This document shows positions 30,280 through 43,900 of a stretch of 64,000 nucleotides of DNA, piece after piece; positions within the stretch are counted from its first letter, which is position 1, and each line of letters starts with the position of its first letter. Location of the stretch: contig CAVSGM010000011.1 in the NCBI GenBank assembly GCA_963727485.1, forward strand, positions 416,001 through 480,000. Direction: 5' to 3'. Origin of the DNA: an uncultured delta proteobacterium (GTDB taxonomy: Bacteria; Myxococcota; Myxococcia; SLRQ01). The translations under genes were made by a program, and so were the position numbers. The notes under the pieces were generated by a model. That model searched no databases, had not been told where the DNA came from, and saw only the letters and a list, made by a program, of their open reading frames with translations.

Positions 30280-31766
30280 CGCGCCTCAAGCACACCCTCG
30301 CCCTCGCCGGCGCCACCCTCCTCGTCGGGGGCTGCGCCACCACCGGCGGTGCCCGGAAGGCCCCCGCGGCCACCGGCTCCGCCACCGCCACCCGCCGGGC
30401 CCCCGGGCTCTCCGGCGCCGACCGCCGCGCCTTCGACGACGGCGTCGCCGCCTACAAGGAGCAGAAGCAGGCCGGGGTCCTCGACCTCCAGGCGCTGGCG
30501 CACCGGTGGCAGGAGGTCACCCAGAACGCCCCCGACGTCGCCGAGGGCTGGTACAACCTGGGGGTGGTGGAGGCGCGCCTCGGCCACGTCGCCGCCGCCG
30601 AGAAGGCCTACACCCAGGCCCTCTCCAAGAAGCCGTCCCTGGCCGCCGCCGCCGAGAACCTCGGCGTGCTCTACCAGAACCAGGGCCAGGTGCAGCAGGC
30701 GGCGAGCGCCTACCAGCGCGTCCTCGAGTGGCACCCCGAGTCGGCGCGGGCCCGGGTGCGCCTCGCCGAGCTCTACCGGGAGCAGGGCGACGCCAAGCGC
30801 GCCGTCTCCTTCGCCCGGGCGGCCCTGGTCCGCGAGCCCGACCTGGCGCTGGCCTACAAGGTGCTGATGCGGGTGGCCGTGGATCACGGCAAGCCGGCGC
30901 TGGTGCGGCTCCTGGCCCTCAAGGCCCAGCGACGCAGCAGCCAGGATCCCGAGATCCCCTATCGCCTCGGCCAGGTCGACCTCCAGGAGCACGACGAGGA
31001 CCAGGCCATCGCCGACCTCCGGCAGTCGGTGAAGCTCGACCCCCACTACCTCCCGGCGCGCCGGCTCCTGCTCCAAATCGCCCGGCGGCACCAGGACTGG
31101 GCCACCGCGGCCGCCGAGCTCACCGCGATGCTCAAGGCCAACCCCAAGGACGCCGCGGGCTTCGTCGACCTCGGCGTCGCCTACCGGGGGCTGGGCAAGC
31201 CCAAGCTGGCGAGCACCGCCTACCAGCAGGCCCTCAAGCTCGACCCCAAGCTCCCCGAGGCCCACTACGACCTGGGGCTCCTGGCCTTCCAGGTGCGCCA
31301 CGACGACCAGGCCGCCATCCACGAGATGAAGCAGTTCATCGCCGCCCGCAGCGGGGTGCTGCCGCCGGACCACCCGGCCTACAAGATCATCAAGCAGGCC
31401 CAGCAGAACCTCGCCCTCCAGGCCGAGGCCAAGAAGATGGAGGCCGAGGCCAAGCGCCAGGAGGCGGCGCGCAAGCGCAAGGAGGCCGCGGCGAAGCAGA
31501 AGGCCCTCGAGGCGCAGATCCAGGCCGCCAAGGGGAAGGGCGGGGCGCCGGCGACGCCGGGGGCGGGGAGCCCGAAGGCCGCCCCCACTCCGAAGACCGG
31601 GAAGGCGAAGGCCCAGGACGCCGCGCCGAAGGACGCCCCCCCGAAGGACGCCGCGCCGACCCAGGCGGCCGACGGGGCCAAGGCGAAGGCCAAGACCCAG
31701 GGCGCCAAGGGATCCCTGGAGGCCGGGCCCCCGGCCAACGACGGGGAGCCCAAGGATGGCATGTAA
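30276..31766 (+). CDS. gltE: TPR lipoprotein GltE (AglT)
   Basis: ATGA overlap; lipobox VGGC; TPRs; coiled-coil and Pro/Ala/Lys tail ending EPKDGM. Confidence 0.85.
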   Translation: MTRLKHTLALAGATLLVGGCATTGGARKAPAATGSATATRRAPGLSGADRRAFDDGVAAYKEQKQAGVLDLQALAHRWQEVTQNAPDVAEGWYNLGVVEARLGHVAAAEKAYTQALSKKPSLAAAAENLGVLYQNQGQVQQAASAYQRVLEWHPESARARVRLAELYREQGDAKRAVSFARAALVREPDLALAYKVLMRVAVDHGKPALVRLLALKAQRRSSQDPEIPYRLGQVDLQEHDEDQAIADLRQSVKLDPHYLPARRLLLQIARRHQDWATAAAELTAMLKANPKDAAGFVDLGVAYRGLGKPKLASTAYQQALKLDPKLPEAHYDLGLLAFQVRHDDQAAIHEMKQFIAARSGVLPPDHPAYKIIKQAQQNLALQAEAKKMEAEAKRQEAARKRKEAAAKQKALEAQIQAAKGKGGAPATPGAGSPKAAPTPKTGKAKAQDAAPKDAPPKDAAPTQAADGAKAKAKTQGAKGSLEAGPPANDGEPKDGM

Positions 31767-31818
31767 GCCGATGGGGGCCGAGGTGAACGCCCCCGTAATG
31801 AGTGGAGAAACGGGTTCG

Positions 31819-31827
31819 TGATATGCT
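31819..31827 (+). promoter_or_regulatory. Putative extended -10 promoter before gltF
   Basis: TGaTATGCT (TGnTAnnnT) in the gltE-gltF gap. Confidence 0.35.
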
Positions 31828-31858
31828 GCGAGTCCGAAAAACGGCTGGAGGTCGTGTC

Positions 31859-32113
31859 ATGACAGTCCGCTCCGCACTCGCTGCCACCCTCGCCGCCGCC
31901 GGGCTCGCCCTCGGCGGTCACGCCGCGCTGGCCCAGAAGGTCAAGTACAAGAAGACCACCCAGTACGACTTCAAGGACGACACCATCGCCGGTGACCTCA
32001 CCCGGCCCGATGGCGAGTACGTCCAGGCCCGCCGGAAGGTGCGCCACTCCAACCTCATCCGGATCCGCAAGAACTTCCGGGACAAGATCCTGCAGTCCGT
32101 GGGAGAGCTGTAG
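31859..32113 (+). CDS. gltF: Small secreted gliding protein GltF (CglF)
   Basis: GGAGGT RBS; signal peptide; YKKTTQYDFKDDTIAGDLTRPDGEYV...LIRIRKNF signature. Confidence 0.9.
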   Translation: MTVRSALAATLAAAGLALGGHAALAQKVKYKKTTQYDFKDDTIAGDLTRPDGEYVQARRKVRHSNLIRIRKNFRDKILQSVGEL

Positions 32114-32230
32114 CGTGACGGTGGCCGGCGCCACCGCAGCCCTGGCGGGGGGCGGCGGGCGTCCGGGACGGGACACCGGAAGGTAGGAGCAGCCGTGACC
32201 GGCGCGCCCGTCGCCGGTCCAGAGAGAGCC

Positions 32231-34295
32231 ATGCCGACGCCGCTTTCCATGGACATCTACCGGGGCGACAATCTCGTCGAGAGCCGGAGCTACGATCGTG
32301 ACATCATCAAGATCGGGCGGCTCTCCTCGGCGCATCTGCGCCTCGAGGACGAGAAGGTCTCCCGGATCCACTCGGTGGTCGAGGTGGGGGCCGACGGGGC
32401 CATCTCCATCATCGACATGGGCTCGGCGGTGGGGACCCTGGTCAACGGCCAGCGGGTCAACAAGGGGCCCCTGAAGGACGGCGACGAGATCCGCGTCGGC
32501 GACACGCGCATCGTCCTCCACGTCAACGCCGACCAGGCGTCGGCGACCGATGCCACCCAGGAGATCCCGGTCCTCGGCGCCCCGGGCGCGGCTGCGGCCG
32601 AGGCGGCCGCCGGGGCCCCGACCCCCGAGGCGCCCGTCGAGGCGCCCGCGGCCGAGGCGGCGGGGGTCGAGCCCGAGGCGCCCGTCGAGGCGCCCGCGCC
32701 GGCGCCGGCTGCGCCCGCCGAGGCCACCCCGGCCGCGCCTGCCGAGGCGACCCCGGCCCCCGAACCGGCGATGTCTCCGGCACCCCTCGACCCGGCGCCC
32801 CCGGTGGCCTTCGCCGACGAGCCGGCGGGCGTCGCCCCGGGGACGCCCCTGCCTCCGGACCCCGAGCCCTTCGACCCCGAGACCTTCGTGTCGGGCCGGC
32901 CGGCGAAGGTCCCCGACCCCGACCGCGCCGCGGTGGAGCTGCGGTTCATGTGGGGCGGCATCCTCCTCAACGTCGCCCACTACGTGAAGCCCAAGCGCAT
33001 CACCGTGGGCGAGTCGAAGAAGTGCGACTTCTTCCTCCACGCCGACGACTTCCCGGTCCCCGAGTTCCCCCTGGTCCGCTACGAGGGCGGCGAGTACCAC
33101 CTCGCCTTCACCCGGCAGATGGAGGGCATGGTCCGCATCGGCGACCAGACCCGGACCCTCGGGGACCTGGTACGCGAGCGCAAGGCCACCCCCGACGGTC
33201 AGATCGACGGCGCCTTCATCGTGTCCCTGCCCACGGACGCCCGGGCCTCGCTGCAGTTCGGCGGGGTGACGGTGCTGGTGGGCTTCGGCTCGGCCCCGCG
33301 GAAGATCGCCGTGCCCTGGAGCGAGGGCATCAACTACCAGTTCCTCAACCTCTTCCTCCTCTCGCTCTTCCTCCAGCTGGCGCTGCTGATCACCGCCCAC
33401 AACTTCCCGTACAACACCGACCTCTACGCCGACGATCTGTTCAAGGCGCCCAACCGCTTCGCCAAGTTCATCCTCAAGGCCCCGGAGCCGGTGAAGAACC
33501 GCTTCGCCGACAAGCTCCTCAAGGAGCTGAACAAGGCCCACCACAAGGCGGGGCAGGCGGCGGCGAAGCACAAGGGCAAGGAAGGGAAGATGGGCCGCAC
33601 CAACGGCCCCAACCGCAACACCCGGTCGGCGCCCAAGGCCATCGACATCAACGACAAGGACATCATCGCCAACACCGGCATCTTCCACATGCTGAAGAAG
33701 GGCGGCTCCGCGGGGCTGTCCACGGTCTTCGGCAAGGGGGGCCTCGGCGGTGACATCAACGGCGCCCTCGGGGGCCTGGTCGGCAGCGCCGTGGGCGACG
33801 CCAAGGGCTTCGGGGGCCTCGGCCTCAAGGGCAACGGCACCGGTGGCGGCGGCCTCTCGGGGAGCACCATCGGGGTCGGCGGCATCGGCACCAAGGGCCG
33901 CGGGGGCGGCCTGGGGAGCTACGGCACCGGCGTCGGCGGCCTCGGGCACAAGCGCGACACCAACATCTCCATCACCAGCTCCAACCCGGTGGTCAGGGGC
34001 TCGCTGTCCAAGGACCTCATCCGCCGGGTGATCCACGCCCACCGCGACCAGAATCCGCTACTGCTACGAGCAGGAGCTCCAGAGCAAGCCCCACCTCGCG
34101 GGCAAGATCTCGGTGAAGTTCGTCATCAGCGCCGCCGGCGGGGTCACCACCGCCAAGATCGAGGTCTCCACCATGCACAACGGCAGCGTCGAGGGGTGCC
34201 TGGTGAGCCGGGTGAGGACCTGGCAGTTCCCCAAGCCCAAGGGCGGCGGCATCGTCATCGTCACCTATCCCTTCGTGTTCAAGCAGGCGGGCTGA
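32231..34295 (+). CDS. gltG: GltG (PglI): FHA domain, TM helix and TonB-C-like domain; +1 frameshift at 34052-34053
   Basis: N-terminal FHA (IKIGRLSSAHLRLEDEKVSRIH), Pro/Ala/Glu linker, TM and Gly-rich region. Removing one A restores HRDQIRYCYEQEL...GKISVKF...FPKPKGGGIVIVTYPFVF. Confidence 0.9.
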
Positions 34296-34324
34296 CGCCC
34301 GTCGCGCCGGACCGACCCACGCCC

Positions 34325-34963
34325 ATGCGTCTGCGCCACATCCTCCTCGCCATCCTCACCCTCGCCCTCGCCGCCTTCAGCGCGGCGCCGGCCCGCGCCC
34401 AGTCCACCGGGGGCGGCACGGCCCCGCACCATCCCTGGCACGAGGTCGAGCGCGGGCTCTATGCCACCGGGAGCTTCGGGGCCACCTTCTTCCTCTCGCC
34501 GCCGGCCGGTGGGGGCAAGGGCGGGCCCACGGTCAGCGGGCTGACCATGGGCATCAACCTCGGCTACGACCTGATGCCCAGCCTCGCCGTCGAGCTCTTC
34601 CTCTTCGACTCCGAGGTCGTGGCCCCGCCCACCTACGAGGGCGTCGGTGGCGCCAAGGACCCCCGGGGCGACTTCACCGCCCTGACCACCGGCCTGCTCC
34701 TCCGGCTCGACTACCTCCACGTCGCCGACGGCCAGGGGGTCAGCCGGCTCTTCCTCGACGTCCACGCCGGCGGCGGGGTGATGCTCACCGAGCCCGCGTC
34801 GGTCTTCGGCAAGGTGGCCCCCTCGGTCCTCGGCGGGCTGGGCCTGCGCTACTACACCCGGATGCGGCACTTCTCCGCCGGGATCGACCTCGACGGCGTC
34901 TACGGTCTGGGCCTCGGGACCATCGGCCTCTACCCCCACGCCTCCATCGCCTACACGTTCTAG
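34325..34963 (+). CDS. gltH: Outer-membrane beta-barrel GltH (CglE)
   Basis: Own ATG and signal peptide; EVERGLY...LRYYTRMRHFSAG; C-terminal YTF; lies between gltG and gltI. Confidence 0.82.
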   Translation: MRLRHILLAILTLALAAFSAAPARAQSTGGGTAPHHPWHEVERGLYATGSFGATFFLSPPAGGGKGGPTVSGLTMGINLGYDLMPSLAVELFLFDSEVVAPPTYEGVGGAKDPRGDFTALTTGLLLRLDYLHVADGQGVSRLFLDVHAGGGVMLTEPASVFGKVAPSVLGGLGLRYYTRMRHFSAGIDLDGVYGLGLGTIGLYPHASIAYTF

Positions 34964-34981
34964 TCCCCGCGAGCGCCCCGA

Positions 34982-37900
34982 ATGGAAGACCAGATCCTGG
35001 GTTACCGGCGCCGCCTGGAGATCTTCCCCGCGAACCGAGAGGCCTTCGAAGCCCTCGCCTACCTCTTCGAGAAGGAGGCGCGGTGGGAGGAGCTCGCCGG
35101 CCTCTACGAGGCGCGGCTCCAGGCTCTGCGCGACGATCCCGAGGCGGCGGCCCTGCGCCGGCGCCTCGGTGACCTCTACCTCGCCCAGCTCGACGATCCC
35201 GATTCGGGCCCTTCGCCACCTGGCCGCGGCCCGGAGCGGCGCCCCCGACGAGGTCGACCTCCTCGACGCCCTGCTCCCGGTCCACGAGGCCCGGGGCGAG
35301 TGGCGCGAGGTGGCGCGGCTCCTCGAGGCCCGGGCCGAGGAGGCCGAGGACGGCGCCGAGCTCGCCGGCTACCTCTCGCGCCTCGCCGAGATCCAGCTGG
35401 CACGCCTCTCCCGGACCGACCTCGCGGTCCGCTCCCTGCGCGCCGCCTTCGAGGCGAACCCCGAGGACACCGGCCCCCTGCGCCGGGCCCGGGCCCTCGC
35501 CGAGGCGGGCGGCGATCTCGAGACCGCGGCGGCGCTCCTGGAGCGCGAGGCCGAGGCCACCGGCGGGGGCCAGCTGGGGCCGGCGTTCCTCGCCCTCGGC
35601 CGGCGCCTGGCCGACGAGCCCTGGCACCTGCCGCTGGCCCGCCGGCTCCTGGAGCGGGCCAAGGCCCTGGGCGAGGCCGACCACGTCGACGAGACCCTCG
35701 GGGGCCTCGATCAGCTCGCCAAGACCTGGAAGGACGAGGCGAAGCGCCTGCGCACCGAGGCCGTCGAGGCCCGGGACAAGCGCAAGGCCGCCGCCGCCTA
35801 CCTGCGCATCGCCCAGCTCCACGCCCTCTACGACGACGCGCCCCAGAAGGTCGCCGAGAACCTGGAGCGGGTCTTCCTCCTCCACCCGGGGAGCACCGCG
35901 GCCCTCGAGTTCCTCGAGGGCTACCACGGCGGCCGCGAGGACTGGCCGGGGCTGGTCGCCGCCTACGAGCGCGTCGCCGAGAAGGTGAAGGACCGTGCCG
36001 TCGCCGCCGACGTCTGGGTGCGGGTGGCGCGGCTCCAGGCCGAGCGCCTCCAGGACGCCGAGGCCGCCGCGGTGGCCTGGCGCCGGGCCCTCGACATCGA
36101 TCCGGCCCACGCCGAGGCCGCCGCCGCCCTGGTGGGCGCCCTCGAGACCAAGGGCGCCTGGACCGACGCCGCCGCGGTGCTGGAGAAGCGCCTGGCGGCG
36201 GTGGGCGAGCGCGGGGAGCAGGTGCGCATCCGCCTCCAGCTCGCGCGGCTGTGCCTGCGCCACCTCGACGACGCCGACGCCGCCCGGGCCCACCTCGAGG
36301 CGGTGCTCCGCCTCGACCCGGCGAACGTCGACGCCGCCACCGAGCTCGAGCCCCTCTACCGCGAGGCCGGGGCCGACGAGGCGCTGGCCGGGGTGCTCGC
36401 CGTCCGCGTCGGCGCCACCGCCGAGGCCGACGCCCGCCGGCGCCTCCTCGAGGAGCTCGCCACCCTCGAGGCCGACGCCCTCGGCCACGCCGATCAGGCG
36501 GTGGGCCTCCTCGCCCGGGCCCTCGCCCTGGCCCCCGGCCGCAAGCAGACCCTCGCCGCCTTCGAGGACCGGGCCGACGCCGATCCCGCCGCCCTCGCCG
36601 CGGGCCTCGCCGTCGCCGCCGACGCCGCCACCGAGCCGGGCGACCGGGCGGCCCTCCTCCGGCGCCTCGCCGAGGTCCGGGAGGTGCGCCTGGAGGATCC
36701 CGCCGGCGCCGCCGAGGTCTACCGGGCCCTCCTCGAGGCCGTCCCCGGCGACGAGGCGGCCACCGCGGGCCTGGAGCGGGTCCTCGAGGCCACCGGCGCC
36801 GACGCCGAGCTCACCGAGGCCCTCCGGGCCCAGGCCAAGGACGAGGCCAATCCCGCGAAGAAGCGCGACATCCTCCTGCGCCTCGCCCGGCACTACGACC
36901 GGGCGGTGGAGGCGCCAGCGAAGGCCCTGGAGATCCTCCGGCGCCTCCTGGAGCAGGACCCCACCGACGCCGAGGTCGCCGAGCGCCAGCTCGAGCTCCT
37001 CACCCGCACCGGCGACTGGCCGGCGGTGGCGGACGCCCTCCGGGCCCGCATCGACGCCAGTGGCGACGATACCTCGCCGGCCCTGAAGCAGCGCCTCGCC
37101 TCGGTCCTCGCCACCCGCCTCGGCCAGGGCGCCGAGGCCGTCGACCTCTACGGCGCCCTCCTCGAGGCCGAGCCCCGCCGCCCGGGGGTCGCCGACGCCC
37201 TCGAGGCGCTCCTCGCCCAGGACGTGGAGCCCGCGCGGATCGCCGCCCTCCTCGAGCCCGCCTACGCCGCCGCCGGGGACTGGTTGCGCCACCTGGCGAT
37301 GCTGGAGCAGCGCCTCGCCCACACCGAGCGCCCCGAGGACCGGGCGGCGCTCCTCGAGCGCATGGCCGAGGTCCACGAGACCCACCTCGCCGACAAGCGC
37401 CAGGCCCTGGTGACCGTGGCCCGCGCCTGCAAGGAGACCCCCGCCGACGGCGGGCGCCTCGACCACCTCGAGCGCCTCGCCCGGGAGACCGGGGCCTTCG
37501 GGGAGTACGAGCAGGCCCTCACCTCGGCCCTGGAGCGGGCGTCGCAGATGAAGCCCGACGCCGCCATGACCCTGCGCACCCGGCTGGCCGACCTCCGGGA
37601 GAACAGCCTCGGCGACGCCGAGGGGGCGGCCGAGGTCTGGGAGCAGATCCTCGCCGAGACCACGCCCACCGATCCCGCCTACCGGCCCGCCCTGGAGGCG
37701 GTCGCGCGCATCGCCCGGGAGAACGAGCGGTGGCCCGCCCTCGCCGACGCCCTGGGGCGCCTGGCGCCGGTGGCCAACGACCCGGCGGCGGTGCGCCTGG
37801 AGCTCGGGGCCGTGCGCCTCGAGCGTCTGGGGGACGCCGCCGCGGCCGCCGAGGTGTTCCGCGCCGCCCTCGACGACGGAGCGGCCGAGGACGAGGTCCT

Positions 37901-40900
37901 GCCCCTGCTCTCCGACGCCCTGGAGCGCGCCGGGGACTCCAAGCTGCTGGCGGGGATCCTCGAGCGCCGCATCGCCCTCGCCCAGCGCCAAGGTGACAAC
38001 GCCGCCGCCTCGCGCCTCAAGCTGCGCCTCGCCCGGATCCAGGGCGAGGGCCTGGGCCAGACCTCCGAGGCGGTGGCGAGCTACCGCGCCGTCCTCGCCG
38101 AGCGCCCCAGCGACCCCGACGCCCTCGCGGCCCTGGAGGCCCTCCTGGACAATCCCGGGAGCCGCCTCGACGCCGCCCGGGCCCTGGCCCCGGCCTACGA
38201 GCGCGCCCAGGAGTACGCCAAGCTGGTCCGCGCCCTGGAGGTCGAGGCCGAGAGCGCCGGCTCCCCGGCCGAGGAGGCCGAGCACCTCAGGCACATGGCC
38301 GAGGTCCAGGAGCGCCAGCTGCGCCGGAAGGCCGACGCCCTCGAGACCCTCCGCCGGGCGGTCGTGGTCTGCCCCCAGGAGGTGGAGATCCGCGCCGAGC
38401 TCCGGCGCCTCGCCGACGAGATCGGCGCCCTGGAGCGGGTCCCCGCGATCCTCGACGAGGCGTCGACCGCCCTGGAGGGGATGGCGCGCCTGGCGCTGAT
38501 GCGCGAGGCCGCCGAGTGGGTGGAGAAGCGCCAGGGCGATCGCACCTCGGCGGTGGCCCGCTACGCGGCGATGCTCGAGGTCGACGACGAGAGCCTCGAC
38601 GCCCTGATGTCCCTGCACCGCCTCCACCGCGCCGCCGAGGACTGGTCGTCGCTGGCGGCGACCTGCCTGCGGCTGGCGGAGGTGACCGGCGCCGACGACG
38701 AGAAGGTGCGCCTGTGGCGCGAGGCCGGGCGGCTCTTCGAGGAGCGCCTCGGGGACCCCGCCGCCGCCGCCGCGGCCTACCGCAAGATCCTCGAGGCCGA
38801 CGCCACCGACGCCGAGGCCGCCCGGGTCCTCGACCGGCTCTACGGGAGCCTGGGGCGCCACGCCGACCTCGCCTGGGTCCTGGACCTCGAGCGCCAGCAG
38901 GCCGGGGAGGGCGACCGGCGCCAGGGCCTCTCCGGGCGTCTCGCCGACGTCTACCGCCGCCACCTCGGGCGCCTCGACGAGGCCCTCGCCCTCTACGGTG
39001 AGCTCCTGGAGCAGGACCCGGCCCACCCGCCGACCCGCCAGGCCCTCTCGGAGCTGGTCGCCGCCGGGGGCGCCGGCGCCGATCGGGCGGTGGCCCTCCT
39101 CGACCCCCAGCTCGCGGCCCTCGGCGAGCACCGGGCCCGGATCGACCTCCGGGAGGCGCGCCTGGCCCGGGCCGACGCCGACGGCCTCGACGCCGCCCGC
39201 CGCGCCGCCCTCTTCGCCGAGATCCGCGGCCTCTACGAGACCGAGCTCGGGGCCACGGAGATGGCGTTCATGACCGCCTGCCGCCAGCTCACCGCCGGGG
39301 TGGACCACGCCGTCGCCCGGGACGAGGCGGCGCGCCTGGCCCGGGAGGCCGGGACCCTCGAGGAGCTCGCCGAGGTCTTCGACGAGGTCGCCGCGGGGCT
39401 CGCCGACGACGACCCCCGGAAGGTCGAGCTCCTCCGGCGCGAGGCGGGGATCCGCACCGAGACCTCCGAGCTCCCCGACGACGCCATCGAGGTGTGGAAG
39501 AAGGTCCAGGCGCTCCAGCCCCAGGCCCGGGACGTCCTCGACGCCCTCGAGGCCCTCTACAACAAGCGCCAGGACGCCCAGGACCTCGTCGACCTCTACC
39601 GCCAGAAGGTCGACCTCGCCAGCGGCGACGCCGAGCGCCTCGCCGCCCGCCTCGACCTCGGCCGGCTCCTGGAGCAGACCGGCGCCGCGGGCCCGGCCGC
39701 CGACGAGTACGAGGCGGTGGCCGCCCACGCCGGCCGCTTCCCCGCCGAGGGGCGAAGGGCCCTGGAGCAGCTCGACGGCCTCTACGCCCGGGCGGAGCGG
39801 TGGCAGGACCTCTCCCGGGTGCTGGCCAGCCTGGTGAAGCTTCTCGGGGACGACCCGGCGCGCTTCCGCTACATGCTGCGCCTCGGGGAGCTCTTCGAGT
39901 CCCACGACGCCCACCCCTCCCGCGCCCTCGATCTCTACGGTGCCATCCTCGACCAGGCGGGCGTCCCCGCCGAGGCCGGCGACGCCCCGGGGCGGGCCGA
40001 GGCCCTGGGGGCGGTGGCGGGCCTGGAGCGCCTCCTCGCCGACGACTCCGCCAAGGTGAAGGCGGCGGCGCGCCTGGAGACGGTCTACCGCGATCGGATG
40101 GAGGGCCGGCCCCTCATCGACGTCCTGGAGGTCCGCTTCGCCGCGACCCGGGAGCAGGCCGAGCGCCTGAAGATCCTCCAGGAGATCGCCCGGCTCTACG
40201 AGGTGCGCCTGGGTCAGAAGCCCATGGCCTTCATGGTCTGGTGCCGCGCCTTCCGCGAGGCCTCGGACGACGCCGAGGTCCGCTCGCACCTCGAGGACCT
40301 CGGAGCCCAGACCGAGAGCTGGGAGGAGCTCGCCGGGGTCTACGACGACGAGGTCGCCCGCCTCGGCGACGACGCCCGGAGCGCCGAGGCCAGGGGCGCC
40401 CTCCATCGGCGCCTGGTCGACATCTACGAGCACCGCCTGGCCCAGCCCGAGCCCGCCGCCCGGCACCAGCGCGCCGCCCTCGACCTCGCCGGCGAGGCCA
40501 GCGTCGAGGACCTGGAGCGGCTGGCGCGCCTCCTGCGTGACGGCGACGACAAGAAGGCCCTGGTGGCGGTCTACCGGGAGCTGGTCGAGCGCCTCCCCGA
40601 CGGCGAGCACAAGAAGGAGCTGTGGTACGAGATCGCCGGGCTCACCGAGGAGATCCTCGGGGATCCGGCCGGGGCGGTGGCGGCCTACCAGCAGGTCCTG
40701 GCCCTCTCCGGCGACCACCCGGATCCCGAGGTCCTCGGCCTCCTGGAGCGCCTGCTCACCAGCCTCGAGCGCTGGGACGCCCTCTGCGGGATCCTCGAGC
40801 GCCAGGCGGCCCTGGCCGCCCCCGGGCCCGCCACCGCCGAGCGCCGGCACCAGGTGGGCCGGGTGCGCCAGGTGCGCCAGGACGACCCGGTGGGCGCCGT

Positions 40901-43900
40901 CGCCGACTACGCCGCCGCCCTCGAGGCCGACCCGGACCATCGCCAGAGCCTCGGGGCCCTCGAGGAGCTCCTCGCCGCCGGCCCCACCGCCGAGGGGGCC
41001 GCCCGGGACGCCGCCGCTGCCGCCGCCGAGGTCCTCGGCCCCCGCTACGAGTCCGAGGGCGACACCGCCGGCCGGATCCGCGCCCTGGAGATGCGCGCCG
41101 CCGCGGCCCCGGACGCCGAGGCCCGGGCCGCGCGCCTGGGAGAGGTCGCCCGCCTCTACGCCGACGACCAGGACAGCCCGGAGATGGCGTTCATGGCCGT
41201 CAGCCGCGCCCTCTCGGCGCGCCCCGAGGACGCAGCGCTCCTCACCCGCCTCCACGCCCTCGCCGAGGCCGCCGACCTCCAGGAGGAGGAGACCGAGCTG
41301 CTCCAGGGCCTGGTGCCCTCGGTCCGCGAGGAGACCGTCCTCGCCGACTACCACCGGCGCCTGGGCGAGCTGCTCTCCGACGCCGGGGAGATCGACGAGG
41401 CGCTGCCCCACCTCCGGGCCCTCCTCGAGCTCGTCCCCGACGACACCGGCGCCCTCGATCGCCTGGGCCGCCTCACGCGCCTCTCCGGCGACCACGCCCA
41501 GGTGGTCGAGGTCCTGCGCCGCCAGCTCGCCCTCACCGACGACGAGACCGATCGGGTGCGGGTGCTGCGCCAGATGGGCGCCCTCCAGGAGGAGCAGCTC
41601 GGCGACCTCGCCGGGGCGCTGGCCACCTACCGGCGCATCCTCGAGGGCAGCCCCGCCGACCGCGAGGCGCTCTCCCGGGTCGACGCCCTGTGCTTCAAGC
41701 AGGAGCGGTGGACCGAGCTCGCCGAGGTCCTCGAGCGCGAGGCCCGGGCGGCGGCCGAGGACGCGGACACCGCCGCCCAGGTGGGCTACCTCCACCGCCT
41801 GGCCCTGATGAGCGAGGGGCCGCTCCACGATCCCGACGGGGCCATGTCCCTGCACCGGGAGGTCCTGCGCCTGGTCCCGGGCCGCCCCGAGACCGTGGCC
41901 CACCTCGAGCAGCTGCTGGAGACCCAGCCGGGTCGCCCCGAGGTCGCGCGGCTCCTCGAGGAGGTCTACCGCGCCGAGGGGGAGTGGAAGAAGCTGGTGT
42001 CCATGCTCGAGGTCCGGGCCGCCGGCGAGCCCGAGCGCGAGGCGCGGGTGGCGGTCCTCTGGGAGATGCACCAGGTCCAGGAGGAGAAGCTCGGCTCCCC
42101 GGACATGGCGTTCATCGTGCTGTGCCGCGCCTTCAACGAGGACCCGTCGTCCCCGGAGATCCGCGCCGCCCTCGAGCGTCTCGCCGACGCCACCGAGCAG
42201 CACGAGGAGCTGGCCGCGGTCCTCGAGGACGCCCTCGACCAGATCGGTGTCCCCGAGGTGGTCGCCGACATGAGCCTCACCGTGGCGCGGATCCACGAGG
42301 AGAAGCTCCGGGATCCCGACACCGCCATCACCTACTACGAGCAGGTCCTCAAGAACGACCCCGAGCGCCTCCCGGCGCTCCAGGCCCTCGACCGCCTCTA
42401 CCGCGCCAAGGAGCGCTTCGCCGACCTCGCCGGGATCCTCGAGCGCGAGGCCGAGGCGGTCCCCGACGACGACGAGCGGGCCGCGGTGCTCTTCCGCCTC
42501 GGGCAGCTCCACGCCGAGAAGCTCGACGCCCCGGACCGGGCGGCGACGGTCTACGAGCAGCTCCTGGAGATCGTCCCCGGCCACCTCCCGGCGCTGCGGG
42601 CCCTGGAGCAGCTCTACGAGCAGGCCGGGGCCTTCGACAAGCTCGCCGCCAACCTCGAGACCCAGCTGGAGCTGGCGAAGGACGAGGCGGTCACCGAGCG
42701 CCTCACCGGACGCCTCGCCGAGGTGGTGGGCACGCACCTCGGCGAGCACACCCGGGCCATCGGGCTGTGGCAGAAGATCCTCGAGAGCAACCACCGCTCC
42801 GAGGCCGCCCTCGACGCCCTGGAGAAGCTCTACGAGGCCACCGAGGCCTGGCAGGACCTGGCGGCGCTCCTGCGCGGGCGCCTCTCCAGCACCGTCGATC
42901 CCCGGGAGATCACCCGGCTCAACGACCGGCTGGGCTGGGTCCTGGGGGCGAAGCTCGGCGAGGCCGAGCAGGCGACCCGGAGCTTCAAGGCGGTCCTCGA
43001 GCGCGACCCGAGGAACGTCCGGGCCCTCGAGGCCCTGCGGGACATCCACACCGCCGAGGGCCAGTGGGAGGAGCTGATCGCGGTGCTCAAGCGCCTGGTG
43101 CCCCTCCAGGCGTCCCCCGAGGACGCCAAGGCGGTGCGCCTGCGCCTCGCCGAGGTCCTGGGCCGGGAGCTCGGGCGCCGCGAGGAGGCCGTCGAGGCGA
43201 CCCGGCGCTTCCTCGACCTCGAGCCCCACACCCCAGAGGCGCTGCTGCCGGTGGAGGCCCTGCTCCGGGACCTCGACGCCCTCCCCGAGGCGGTGGCGGT
43301 GACCGAGCGCCGGGCCAAGGCCATGGCCGAGGCCATGGACGCCGCGGTCGCCGAGGCCGCCCCCGAGGGCGCGGGCGCCCTCGACGCCGACGCCGCCGAC
43401 GCCCTGGAGGCCCGGCTCATCCCCCTGCGCCAGGCGCGGGTGGCGCTGCTCTTCGAGATCGCCCGGGCCCACGCAGACGAGCTGGCCAAGGCCGAGGGCG
43501 GCGCCGCCGCCTACGAGGAGATCCTCGCCCTCGATCCCGGCAACGAGGACGCCTACGCGCCCCTGCGGAAGATCTACGAGGACGCCGGGCGCCACCGGGA
43601 CCTGGCGAGCCTCCTCGACCGCTTCCTTCCGTCGGTCGCCGATCCCGAGGCCCACAAGGCCCTGCGCCTGGAGATCGCCGGGCTCCAGGAGCAGCGCCTG
43701 GGCCAGAAGGAGCTGGCGTTCCTCACCCTCTCCCGGGCCATCGCCGAGGACCCGGACGACGAGGCGGTGGAGGCGAACCTCCTCCGGCTCGCCGCGGACA
43801 CCGACGCCTGGGACGAGCTGGCCTCGGTCCTGGAGGCGGTGGCCGACGGCCTCGAGCCCGGTCCCCGGAAGGCGCAGCTCCTCCTGCGCCTCGCCAGCAT

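Noticed and set aside
32195..34963. Apparent 922-aa GltG-GltH fusion in the ORF track
   Set aside because: Artefact of the +1 insertion at 34052-34053. The GltG C-terminus lies in another frame ending at 34295, and GltH has its own ATG and signal peptide at 34325.
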